Below, piece after piece: positions 36,297-45,832 of a stretch of 51,588 nucleotides of DNA. The notes under the pieces were generated by a model. That model searched no databases, was not told the origin of the DNA, and saw only the letters and a program-made list of their open reading frames with translations. The stretch is from the NCBI GenBank assembly GCA_964588765.1, contig CAZPQS010000001.1:1-51588 (forward strand), written 5' to 3'. Within the stretch, counting starts at the first letter, position 1. Each line of letters starts with the position of its first letter. The DNA is from an uncultured Planctomycetales bacterium (lineage in GTDB: Bacteria > Omnitrophota > Gorgyraeia > Gygaellales > JAHJCI01). Position numbers and translations under genes: made by a program.

Positions 36297-37727
36297 TTAG
36301 GGAGCGATTTTTATTTCGCCATCAAAGTATAGATATTTCCCCGGTAGATATCTTTTATCAGTCTTTTTTATCTTATAACACTTTAATTTCCGCGCAGAAA
36401 AATAAGAAGAGGTATTCAATATACTTAAATAATAATCGTTATTTAAATTGTTACTTTTTAATAATACGGATGGCAATCTATCGGCAGCATCTCGAATACC
36501 GATTGACTTAATCTTACTTGCCTCTTTTTCAAATAATATAACCCATTCCTCATTAAACGAGTTGCTAAAACTACCGCAGGAACCGTCCCTGTTGAACCAG
36601 GCTTCATACTCATCTGTCAGCATAACGTTCGTCTGTTCTTCCCCTTCAATAATTAGCTCTTCGAGAACCTCCATTTCTATTCTCCAGGCAATACGCATAT
36701 CTTCTCTAAGTTCTATCTCCCAGACCTGAATTATGGGCAATGTCTGCCATTGCCCTTTCAGAATCATTTTTTCTTCACTTACCTTTTTAATTTGCCAATC
36801 CGCATGTTCTGTATCCTGCCAAAAGCCATATGAAAAAATTGAGGTGTATAAACCAAAGCCTTTGGTCAATTCCCGCCCCTTCCAAAATAAACGCCCTTTA
36901 CCATTGTCAAAAAGGAAGCTTAACCCCTTTCTTTTTAATGAACGGGATGCAACAAGATCTCTTATATAATCCAGAATGTGAAAGCTGGGCTCTATATTCA
37001 TTACCGGGATTCCCGGTTTAGAAATGCCTGATAAATAACTTTTATAATCGCTTTTGGATAATGATATATCGTTATCTTGTTTTAGGCTTAAGCATCGCTT
37101 CCAATATCGACAGAAAGAGAATGTAACAGGAAAAGCCTCCTTCCTGAAGAAATTGCACAAACAATACGTTATTTTTGTTATTTCATCGATGGCAGGGGTA
37201 TGTCTAATCAAGAAGGATACTGTCTCATTATAATCTTCATCTGTTTCGAAAGGGAAACCTAAAATTAGATTTATTCCGACACTAATATCATTTTGATGAG
37301 CCAGATATAAAAGCGAAGAGATATCCTTTGTATTGAAACTCAACCCCATCTTTTTAAGAAGTTTATCCGAGCCTGTGATTATCTCAAAGATTATCTTTCT
37401 GCAGCCCGCTTCTCGCATCTTTATAAAATCAGCCTCTTTCATATTCGGATTTACGATTGCCGCCGCCGACCAAGATATCTGTAATCTATGCTTTATAATT
37501 AAATTACAAAACTGCTTCAATAAATCTAAATCGATATTGCAAAAATCAATAAATTCGTAGTCTTTGATTTTATACCTTTTAAAATAATTTTTAATCTCGC
37601 GAGGGATAAATTCCGCTAAATTGTAATCCATATTCGGTTTAGAAAAATATGTATTAATCCTCTGCCAGCAATCGTTATTCACAAACAAAGCCAAGTTTTT
37701 TAAATCACTGGAGTCCATGTCTTTCAC
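36297..37727 (-). CDS. Radical-SAM-core remnant lacking the Cx3Cx2C motif and B12 domain, fused to a domain of unknown function (HADWQI domain)
   Basis: 476 aa. Residues ~55-190 align to the post-cluster part of the class-B cores (ISWSAAAIVNP, REAGCRKI, LILGFPFETDEDYNETVSFL). No Cx3Cx2C anywhere. The start is either GTG (37727, GTGA overlap) or ATG (37718). Confidence 0.5.
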   Translation of the reverse strand: MKDMDSSDLKNLALFVNNDCWQRINTYFSKPNMDYNLAEFIPREIKNYFKRYKIKDYEFIDFCNIDLDLLKQFCNLIIKHRLQISWSAAAIVNPNMKEADFIKMREAGCRKIIFEIITGSDKLLKKMGLSFNTKDISSLLYLAHQNDISVGINLILGFPFETDEDYNETVSFLIRHTPAIDEITKITYCLCNFFRKEAFPVTFSFCRYWKRCLSLKQDNDISLSKSDYKSYLSGISKPGIPVMNIEPSFHILDYIRDLVASRSLKRKGLSFLFDNGKGRLFWKGRELTKGFGLYTSIFSYGFWQDTEHADWQIKKVSEEKMILKGQWQTLPIIQVWEIELREDMRIAWRIEMEVLEELIIEGEEQTNVMLTDEYEAWFNRDGSCGSFSNSFNEEWVILFEKEASKIKSIGIRDAADRLPSVLLKSNNLNNDYYLSILNTSSYFSARKLKCYKIKKTDKRYLPGKYLYFDGEIKIAP

Positions 37728-40700
37728 AATTGTTTGTTTAACCTTAAGTGCATCTGTTCGTTATGCATCAGGTTATCGCACATCTTCAGGCAGCCAATCT
37801 CAGAGAAGTAAGAATCGCTTTTAGACAGATATTTAGCCTTTGAACGGAACTCATTATATTTTTGGCTAAGCCATATATCCTTAAAATTATGCTCATTGAT
37901 ATTGCCCATCGGCTTTTTGACTCCCCGGCAACAAGGAACAATTGCGCCATCGGCTAAAATGCGGGCAAATATCCAACCCGCATAGCAAGGTATCTGATTT
38001 ATTCTATGTTGGTCATAGTTACCTGCCAAAACTCCTTCTCCTTTGAGACGCCAGATAAAACCGTCAAAGTAATCTAATTTTATTCTTTTTTTCTGTCCCT
38101 GCTGAAGTCCCTGAATCTGCTCTGCTTGTTTCAGGGCTGCCTGCTTTTGCTCCTCATCTAAAAGCAAAGAATCTGTTGCGCCCTCAATTGTATCAATAAG
38201 CGTAAAATATACTCCATCTACCATCAAATCCAACGCAAAATCGAACATCTGTTTTATTTCCGAGTAATTTAAATTACAGATAACATTGCATAAAGTAACG
38301 AATGGCTTATCCTTTTTCTCATTACTAAGAATCTTAAGGTTTTCCTTTATATTTCCAAAGATACGCTCCGGGGCGCAGGGATGTGTCTTTGCATACGTTT
38401 TTTCATTGCTTGCCCAAAGGCTTATCGCTAATTCATCTACTCTCAACCTTATTAAATCTCTTACCATCTGTTTATTTAATAAAGAAAAATTTGTGGTTAA
38501 GCAACATATCAAACCCCTGGTTTTTGTATATTCAATCAGCTCCATAATCTTAGGATGCATAAACGGCTCTCCGCCGCCGGTAAAACGAATCCGCTTGGTT
38601 CCTAAATCAGCAAGCTCATTGATGAGGCTCCTGGCCCTGGAAAAATTTATTTCCTGTCTAAGCCACCGGCTATCCGGTCTTTGTTTTAAAAGCGGGGAAT
38701 AAAGCCAACAACCAATGCATTTCTCATTGCAGCGATTAGTTATATCGATTACTACCTGCTCTGGGCCGGTAAAGGCCTCCCTGCCATTAATAATCCCCGA
38801 AATCACTAAATTTTCAGACCTTTTTTGTAAATCCGGATTTAAATTTGGTTTTTGTTTTATTTTAGAAACAATTTTTAAAAGATTACGTTCAATTGCGGTT
38901 AAAGACATTATACGATTATGCATATAAATATTGCGGCCGATATCGTCGCAACTCTTATAACAACCGGTTTCTTTTATGTCCGGGTCATTGCCGATTAAAT
39001 AAAAGAACGGGTCTTTTTTCTCATAAACCAAGGTTTTCTTGCGGAAATATTGCTGCCTTTCGTCATTCCAGATATGACTGAAACTTTGCTGATACAAATT
39101 ACCCGTAGGTATACGATGGGCTTTAAGGCAGGCATTTACATCGCCGTTAGGCATTATCCGGCTGAAACACCAGCCAATATAACATGGGATTTTATTGATG
39201 ATATTGCGGTCATAGGTAGCTTTTGATAAATCAAGGGAAGAGCAGATGCGCCGGAGAAAAGAGTCGAATCTGAATAATAACACGCCGTCCAGATATCCGC
39301 GCCTGTCTATGCATTCGGCAATCTGTTGAGCATCGTTCTGTAATCTTTTTATCTGATCGGAATTTAAAATCAACTTATCCGTTTTCCCCGGCACTATATC
39401 GATTAAGGTAAACTCTACCGATTCGGAGCCGGTCTCTTGAGCAAGATAAACCATATCTTTAAGTTCGTGGTAATTCAGATTAAAGATAACATTGTATAAT
39501 TTTATATACGGCGTCTGTATCTTGCTTCTATTTAAAAATATAAGATTTTCCTTAATTTGCTTGAAGGTCTCCTTATTTTTATTGGGGTGGGTGAGGGCAT
39601 AGGTTTTCCCCGTAGCCGACCAGGTGCTTACCGTCAAGTGCTCAACTCCTAAATCTATCAATCTCCTTATGTTTTCCTTATTCAGCAGGGTAAAATTTGT
39701 ATTTACATAACAGTTAAACCCCTTCTTTTTAGCATAGGTCAAGATTGACATAATCTCAGGATGCATAAAGGGCTCTCCGCCTCCGGAGAAATAAATCTCC
39801 TTTGTGCCCATCTGCGATAATTCATCGAGTAATTCCTTCACTAAGCCGAAGGGAAGGGTTCGCTTCTTTTCCTGAGGGGGCAATGTCTTCTCTTCCAGAA
39901 GCGGAGAATTACACCAACACCCGATGCAGTTATTATTACAATTATTGGTCAAATCAATCTGTACATGAAAAGGGCCCTTAAAGGCATATCGGCCATTAAA
40001 TATACCCAGCATATCTAAGTAATTTTTAGCAAACCTTCCCGACCTGATATAATTGAATAGCTTAAAAACAGTGTTAACGAACCCCCGGGTTTTAACTTTA
40101 TCCCTCAGCAATCTTAAGCTGGACGGATACTGATAAATATCCTCGAATGAATACTTTTTTACCCGTGGCGGGTTACTTCGGGCTCCCTTAAGAAGCGCGA
40201 AACTATGAAGATGAGGGATAGGGCCTTTGGTATATATTTTAAGGGTATGCTCTCCTTCTAAGATATGCAAACCTGCCTCCTCAAACCAGCGAAAATCTTT
40301 TTTCTCCCAATCCGGGGTCGTAGAACTCATTGCCCTCTTTTTAATTAAATTACCGTCAAAATAAAGCTCTACCGGACGGGTGTCTTTGCTCGCATAATAA
40401 GACCAAAGCCCATACTGCCCGGTTTCGCTGACAGCTATCCTGTATTCTGCAAAACCAAAACCGCAACCGCCGTCAATCACTATGCCCTCGCCGAAATTAT
40501 GGTCTTGAGTATTCAGGTTCCCGGATTCGAATGTATGGGCGGGAACAATAAGTCTTATTTCTGCATCGGGAAGATTATCTTCTCCCGCCATTTCTTCTCT
40601 CCGATAGAATTGATAATCCGGACCTTTATCTTTCTGGTCCATGAAGATTGACTCTTTAATTTGTAAATTCATTCCTACATTATCGCAAGACTTATAGCAA

Positions 40701-42049
40701 TTAATCTCTTTAAAATAAGGGTCGCTTTTGGGGATAGATTTCGCCTTATATCTAAATTGCTGATAATCCTCTGAGTTCCATATATCTAAAAAATTATTAC
40801 TGTAAATATTGCCCAGGGGCTTAAATACTGCTTTACAGCAGGGAATGACTTCGCCCGTGGATAGAACCCGCGAGTAAGTCCAGCCTACATAGCAGGGAAG
40901 ATTATCGATTACATTCTTTTCATAAGTCTGTTCGTATATATTACTTGAATTTAATCGACGTAAAAAAGAACCGAAACTGAATATTTTTAAAAAATTAAAA
41001 TTAATATTTCTATTTTCATCAACCGGGCAGAGTCTCTTAAATTCCGGACACTCTTGGCAGCTGTCTTTAGGAAACTTAAACGTTAATTTATTATCAACCT
41101 CATTAACCAAAGGATTCACTTTCGTAGATAAAGTAGCAAACCCCTTGGGGCATATCAGGGAATGCATAGCCTCCCTCTCGTCCTTGTCCCCCTGCTTTGT
41201 CCATTCTTTTAAAAAGAAATTCGGATACATCCGCATAAAGCGGCCGGGGAATTCCTTCAATTCTGCCTCCTGGGGGGATTTAAAATCAGATAATCCCAAC
41301 TCCTTAAAGTATAAATCGCGCCGTTTGGCCAAAGCCTCAAATTGCTCTTTAATTGTTCTTGCCTGTTCAGCAGATAAGGCCAAAAATGAAGTCTCGCCCT
41401 CAATGATATCCATTACCTGAAATTCAATAAGTTCAGCTTGAGTATCTATGGCAGAACTGATCATCTGCTGAATCTCTTTATAATTTAAATTGCAAATTAC
41501 GTTATAAATTTTTACATGGGGAAGATATTTATTTCGTTCAATCTTGAGTTCGGAAATACGCTGAAGATTATTTTTTATTTCATAGAAATCTTTCTCTTTT
41601 TTGCTGGGATGGGTTTTTATATACGTCTGCGGAGAAGCAGCCCAGATGCTGGCGGTAATCATATCTACGCCCAAATCTATAATCCTCTTTGCCTTCTCTT
41701 CGTTAATCAGGGTAAAATTGGTAATTATGTTGAGTCTCAACCCTTTATTTTTTATCAATTCTATGATTTCTAAAATATCGGGATGCAGAAATGGCTCGCC
41801 TGCTCCGGAAAGAAAAATTTCTTCTGTTCCCAAGCGGGATAGGTCTTCGATTAGTCTCTTAACTTTTATGAAGGGCAAGGTTAAATTTTTATCGCGCGGC
41901 GGATTTTTTATAAAAGGAGAATGCACCCAGCAGCCAATGCAGTCATTATTACATTTACCGTTAAGGTCAATCTGAACAATTTTTGGCCCGATAAATGCGC
42001 TCCGGCCGTCTTTTATACCCTTTAGTATCAGCTGGTTAATTTTCTCCAT
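37724..42049 (-). CDS. Triple SPASM/twitch-type radical SAM fusion with an internal CBM-like beta-sandwich insert
   Basis: 1441 aa. CNNDCIGCW (C33/37/40), CNNNCIGCW (C704/708/711), CNEKCIGCW (C1107/1111/1114). Each is followed by GxGEPF[LM]HP, TNF[TS]L[IL]N, ..TY..THP, NVI.NLNY, PCY.GW and C-x3-CD[ND]. Confidence 0.85.
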   Translation of the reverse strand: MEKINQLILKGIKDGRSAFIGPKIVQIDLNGKCNNDCIGCWVHSPFIKNPPRDKNLTLPFIKVKRLIEDLSRLGTEEIFLSGAGEPFLHPDILEIIELIKNKGLRLNIITNFTLINEEKAKRIIDLGVDMITASIWAASPQTYIKTHPSKKEKDFYEIKNNLQRISELKIERNKYLPHVKIYNVICNLNYKEIQQMISSAIDTQAELIEFQVMDIIEGETSFLALSAEQARTIKEQFEALAKRRDLYFKELGLSDFKSPQEAELKEFPGRFMRMYPNFFLKEWTKQGDKDEREAMHSLICPKGFATLSTKVNPLVNEVDNKLTFKFPKDSCQECPEFKRLCPVDENRNINFNFLKIFSFGSFLRRLNSSNIYEQTYEKNVIDNLPCYVGWTYSRVLSTGEVIPCCKAVFKPLGNIYSNNFLDIWNSEDYQQFRYKAKSIPKSDPYFKEINCYKSCDNVGMNLQIKESIFMDQKDKGPDYQFYRREEMAGEDNLPDAEIRLIVPAHTFESGNLNTQDHNFGEGIVIDGGCGFGFAEYRIAVSETGQYGLWSYYASKDTRPVELYFDGNLIKKRAMSSTTPDWEKKDFRWFEEAGLHILEGEHTLKIYTKGPIPHLHSFALLKGARSNPPRVKKYSFEDIYQYPSSLRLLRDKVKTRGFVNTVFKLFNYIRSGRFAKNYLDMLGIFNGRYAFKGPFHVQIDLTNNCNNNCIGCWCNSPLLEEKTLPPQEKKRTLPFGLVKELLDELSQMGTKEIYFSGGGEPFMHPEIMSILTYAKKKGFNCYVNTNFTLLNKENIRRLIDLGVEHLTVSTWSATGKTYALTHPNKNKETFKQIKENLIFLNRSKIQTPYIKLYNVIFNLNYHELKDMVYLAQETGSESVEFTLIDIVPGKTDKLILNSDQIKRLQNDAQQIAECIDRRGYLDGVLLFRFDSFLRRICSSLDLSKATYDRNIINKIPCYIGWCFSRIMPNGDVNACLKAHRIPTGNLYQQSFSHIWNDERQQYFRKKTLVYEKKDPFFYLIGNDPDIKETGCYKSCDDIGRNIYMHNRIMSLTAIERNLLKIVSKIKQKPNLNPDLQKRSENLVISGIINGREAFTGPEQVVIDITNRCNEKCIGCWLYSPLLKQRPDSRWLRQEINFSRARSLINELADLGTKRIRFTGGGEPFMHPKIMELIEYTKTRGLICCLTTNFSLLNKQMVRDLIRLRVDELAISLWASNEKTYAKTHPCAPERIFGNIKENLKILSNEKKDKPFVTLCNVICNLNYSEIKQMFDFALDLMVDGVYFTLIDTIEGATDSLLLDEEQKQAALKQAEQIQGLQQGQKKRIKLDYFDGFIWRLKGEGVLAGNYDQHRINQIPCYAGWIFARILADGAIVPCCRGVKKPMGNINEHNFKDIWLSQKYNEFRSKAKYLSKSDSYFSEIGCLKMCDNLMHNEQMHLRLNKQL

Positions 42050-44390
42050 TTAAATACCGCTCTCTTTTTACCCAGACAAATCTTAAATAGTCCAATGTTT
42101 TATGAACCGCGGATTTAAAACCGTATCTAAGCAGATAATCCTTGAATCTTATCATATCGCCCAGGAGGCCTCTTTTTCTTCTTTTATGGTCTCCCCATAA
42201 TAGATATGCACGCCTCTTGCCCTTTTCCAAATCCCGGGGGATTAAGTTATCGGGTTGAAATACACAATGATAGTGACCATCGTAGTTAGACCAATCCTTG
42301 GTTAAAATCCTGCCCTGCTTGTCTAACTCTTCAAAGAGCCTCGTTCCGGGAAAAGGCGTGAGTATAGAGAATTGCGCCGAATCGGTATTTAAACTTAAGG
42401 CATAATCTATGGTTCTCTGAATGCTGTCTCTTGTCTCTCCGGGCAGACCGAAGGTAAAGGTAAGGTGAATTCTTATTCCTAAATTCTTGGTTATCTTTAT
42501 TATCCTGTCAGTCCTTTTAAAATCCATATTCTTCTGGCAACTATCCAATAATTTCTTGCATACCGACTCAACGCCGTACTTGACCGACCAAAGGCCGGCT
42601 GATTTCATCTCGCTCAGAATCCTCTCGTCCATTAAATCCGGCCTGGCCATTATAGCCCAAGGGACATTCTGTAAATCTCTCTCTCTTATTAGCTGAGAAA
42701 GCTTCAGCATTCTTTCTTTGCCGATATTAAATGTATCGTCATCGAAATAAACGGATTTAAATTTCCTTTCTTTTACTAAATATTCCATCTCATCAACTAC
42801 TTCATTTATGTTCCGTGTTCTATAAAGATTATTTTGATATAAAACCTGCGGCCAGAGACAAAAATTACAACCAAAGGGGCAGCCGCGCGAAGCAAGCATT
42901 TGAACCGAGGGGAAAGGAATATCTCCCGGTAGGTCCCAGTATTTATCCATAGGCAGCTGTTCCCGCTCAGGCCACGGCAAAAGATTAATATCGAACGGGC
43001 GGTATTCAGTATTTTTAATAACCTTGTTATCCATACGATAAATTAATCCTTTCGGCTTAGATAAATCTTTATTTTCCTGCAGGCTTTTGATTAACTCCAA
43101 TAAACTAAATTCATATTCTCTGCACAAAACAAAATCTATGAATAAATGTTCTTTTAGAAACTGCGGTTTATAAATCTCTGAGTTGGGCCCGCAGAGAATT
43201 ACGGAAATCCCTGTCTTATGGATCTTCTCCAACAGATTTAAATCATCATAATATGAAGGAACGGAGGTCTCCGCAACCAGATAATCAAAATCCATCGCTA
43301 AAATTCTCTCCATAAAAATATCTTCGGGGATTTGTTCAGCGACAGCATCGATTACATGTGCTTCGATATTATGTTTCCGCAACAGAGAAGTGGCATAGGC
43401 AAGAAAGAATGGAAAGGGTAAATAAAGACCTTCGCTTTCGTCTTTAATATGCGGCCAACGGGAGCCTGCGCGCACTCCCCATTTGCCATTCCTTTGCCAG
43501 GGAAGATTAACCAATACGACCTTTAATTTTCGCTTTGATTCTTTATCTCTTGCTCCATGGTCAACTGTTTTCTCTGAAAAATCTTTACGCAGGTTCTCCA
43601 TCTTAATATCCAACAAATAATCGTCTTTGAACAAATTGATTGTGCCGCTGAAAAGATGATGATACCCGGGAGAATAATACCTATTTCCCTCAAGGCCTGT
43701 ATGCCTGAAGCCGACAATATGGGTTTTGAAAGCCGAAGGGGGATTCTGTATAAAAGAAAACCAATTTTTATCCTGGGTTTGCAACATAAACGAGGGTAAA
43801 GGCATACCCTCGAGCGGAAATCTTGCCCCGACTAAAGAATTCGGATGATTGCTTAAATATAAATCATGCCAATTATTATCCGAACCAAGGAAATCTGCCT
43901 GCTGGCAGTCGTCAAACCAAGTCTTATAATAATAATTGGCTAAACCCGCTATACGGAATTCATTGATATATAACCATTCTTCTATATCGGCATCTATCTT
44001 CAGGTCTATCTCTTGCTCATCTTTTATATTTATACTCCAAATCTGGCTAAGGGGTAAATCTTTAAAAATTACCTTAACATTAAAATGGTCTATCCCTTCT
44101 TCCAGAATCTGCCAATCCGCATGAGAAGAATCTGTCCATAATCCTAAAGTATTAATTCCTACATTTAGACCCAGCGCTTCAGAATTATTGCAAAAAATAT
44201 CTATTCCATGCTCAGAGCAGGTTATTTTCAGGTTTCCCTTTTTAATTATCGCCTCGCTTGATAAATTAATTTTACATATCCGTTTCTTAATTGAAAACAG
44301 AAAATATTTTATTCCTCTGCGGAAGGCAAAGGATAAACCTCCGTTATCAAAATGTTTTTTAAATCTTTGATAATTGGCCCCGATGTTCAT
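42036..44390 (-). CDS. HADWQI-domain protein fused to a B12-binding class-B radical SAM enzyme
   Basis: 784 aa. The N-terminal ~265 aa are homologous to the C-terminus of 36297..37727. This is followed by GVRAGSRWPH...PFPFFLAYA and SRGCPFGCNFC. Confidence 0.8.
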   Translation of the reverse strand: MNIGANYQRFKKHFDNGGLSFAFRRGIKYFLFSIKKRICKINLSSEAIIKKGNLKITCSEHGIDIFCNNSEALGLNVGINTLGLWTDSSHADWQILEEGIDHFNVKVIFKDLPLSQIWSINIKDEQEIDLKIDADIEEWLYINEFRIAGLANYYYKTWFDDCQQADFLGSDNNWHDLYLSNHPNSLVGARFPLEGMPLPSFMLQTQDKNWFSFIQNPPSAFKTHIVGFRHTGLEGNRYYSPGYHHLFSGTINLFKDDYLLDIKMENLRKDFSEKTVDHGARDKESKRKLKVVLVNLPWQRNGKWGVRAGSRWPHIKDESEGLYLPFPFFLAYATSLLRKHNIEAHVIDAVAEQIPEDIFMERILAMDFDYLVAETSVPSYYDDLNLLEKIHKTGISVILCGPNSEIYKPQFLKEHLFIDFVLCREYEFSLLELIKSLQENKDLSKPKGLIYRMDNKVIKNTEYRPFDINLLPWPEREQLPMDKYWDLPGDIPFPSVQMLASRGCPFGCNFCLWPQVLYQNNLYRTRNINEVVDEMEYLVKERKFKSVYFDDDTFNIGKERMLKLSQLIRERDLQNVPWAIMARPDLMDERILSEMKSAGLWSVKYGVESVCKKLLDSCQKNMDFKRTDRIIKITKNLGIRIHLTFTFGLPGETRDSIQRTIDYALSLNTDSAQFSILTPFPGTRLFEELDKQGRILTKDWSNYDGHYHCVFQPDNLIPRDLEKGKRRAYLLWGDHKRRKRGLLGDMIRFKDYLLRYGFKSAVHKTLDYLRFVWVKRERYLNGEN

Positions 44391-45775
44391 TCTTTCAGAC
44401 TGCCTTTGGCGTTTCTCTCAAATAGATACTCCTGCCAACTTTCATAGGCATACCTAAGCGCTCCTTCTAAATCCTCTGGCGAAAGATTATCTGTCTTAAT
44501 CACTGCCCGGCTGTAACCATCGTAATCCTGCCAATTCTTATTTACTATATAGCCCTTCTCATCCAGCATCTGGAAATACCTGCTGCCGGGAAAGGGAGTA
44601 GCTATGGAAAACTGGAGCGAATCAGGTTCAAGCAGCAAAGCAAAATCGATAGTTTTCTTTATGGTATCCTTTGTTTCGCCGGGAAGGCCAAACATAAAGG
44701 TTAAATGGACGTTTATCCCGAGTTGTTTGGTAATCTCTACCGTCTCTGCGACCTTGCTTAAGTCAAGATTCTTGCCTGAATTATTAATCAATTCTTGGGC
44801 ACCGGATTCGACTCCGTATTTTACTGCTCGCAATCCGGAATCAGCCATAGCCTTTAAAACCTCTTCATCTAAAATATCTACCCTGGCCATAATTGCCCAG
44901 GGAGTATTTAATCCCCTTTTCGTTATCTGCCGGCAGATGTTTAAAGTCCTTTCTTTTCCCATACCGAATATATCGTCATCAAAGTATATGGAATTGAATT
45001 TCTCCTCCTTTATTAAATATGCCATCTCGTCAACTACGTCCACGGGGCCCCGCATCCTATATAGATTTTCTCTATACATTATTTGGGGCCAGGCGCAGAA
45101 TATGCACTGATATGGGCAACCCCGGCTTGCCAGCATCTGGGCAGTAGGTCTCGGCAATATACGCGGCAAATCTTCATACCCGTCCTTAGGCAAGAAATGC
45201 CTTGCCGGCCAGGGGAGATTGTCTAAATCCTTGAGAGGTGACCGATAGGGATTATCGTTTATGGCACCCTGAGAATCGCTATAAATAAGTCCTAATATCT
45301 TATTTAAACCTGTACCTGCGTTAAGGCATTGGGCTAACTCTAAAAGAGTATACTCGTATTCTCCTTTAAGTATAAAATCCACAAAATCGTATTGTCCGAG
45401 GAAATCCCTGTTATACATACCGTAGTGCAGGCCGCAAAAGACAATTTTGGCTGCCGGGCCCAAATCTTCCCGCAGACGCTTAGCCGTCTCTAAATCCGCA
45501 TTCAGGGATAATGTGGACACCTCTAAGACTATTAAGTCGGGACGGAAAATCTTAATCCGGTTAAAAAAATCCGCTTCATCCATCCTTTCGGCGACTCCAT
45601 CGACCAGAAGGACGTCAAAATTATTTCTCTCTAAAAGCGCGGCGGCATAAGCCAAGAAAAACGGAAATGGCATATAGCGATGGTGTTCTTCTTCAAAATG
45701 CGGCCAGCGGGAACCTGCCCTTACCCCGTAATATCCTTTCTTTTTCCAGGGTGCATTACCTAAGAAAATCTTCAC
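44387..45775 (-). CDS. B12-binding class-B radical SAM enzyme (close paralog of the C-terminal part of 42036..44390)
   Basis: 462 aa. GVRAGSRWPH, PFPFFLAYA, SRGCPYQCIFC. GTG start with AGGAAGGA upstream. ATGA overlap with the downstream gene. Confidence 0.85.
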   Translation of the reverse strand: MKIFLGNAPWKKKGYYGVRAGSRWPHFEEEHHRYMPFPFFLAYAAALLERNNFDVLLVDGVAERMDEADFFNRIKIFRPDLIVLEVSTLSLNADLETAKRLREDLGPAAKIVFCGLHYGMYNRDFLGQYDFVDFILKGEYEYTLLELAQCLNAGTGLNKILGLIYSDSQGAINDNPYRSPLKDLDNLPWPARHFLPKDGYEDLPRILPRPTAQMLASRGCPYQCIFCAWPQIMYRENLYRMRGPVDVVDEMAYLIKEEKFNSIYFDDDIFGMGKERTLNICRQITKRGLNTPWAIMARVDILDEEVLKAMADSGLRAVKYGVESGAQELINNSGKNLDLSKVAETVEITKQLGINVHLTFMFGLPGETKDTIKKTIDFALLLEPDSLQFSIATPFPGSRYFQMLDEKGYIVNKNWQDYDGYSRAVIKTDNLSPEDLEGALRYAYESWQEYLFERNAKGSLKE

Positions 45776-45832
45776 TTTATCCTTCCTAAGTTCTATTCAA
45801 TGCCTAAACCTGCTAATTAATAATAATTTTGG

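Noticed and set aside
5503-43717. Small minus-strand ORFs nested out of frame in larger genes (5503..5703, 22549..22737, 25547..25750, 43523..43717).
   Set aside because: They are embedded in alternative frames of confidently assigned genes (U32, AsnB, GT2, B12-rSAM). There is no independent evidence for them.
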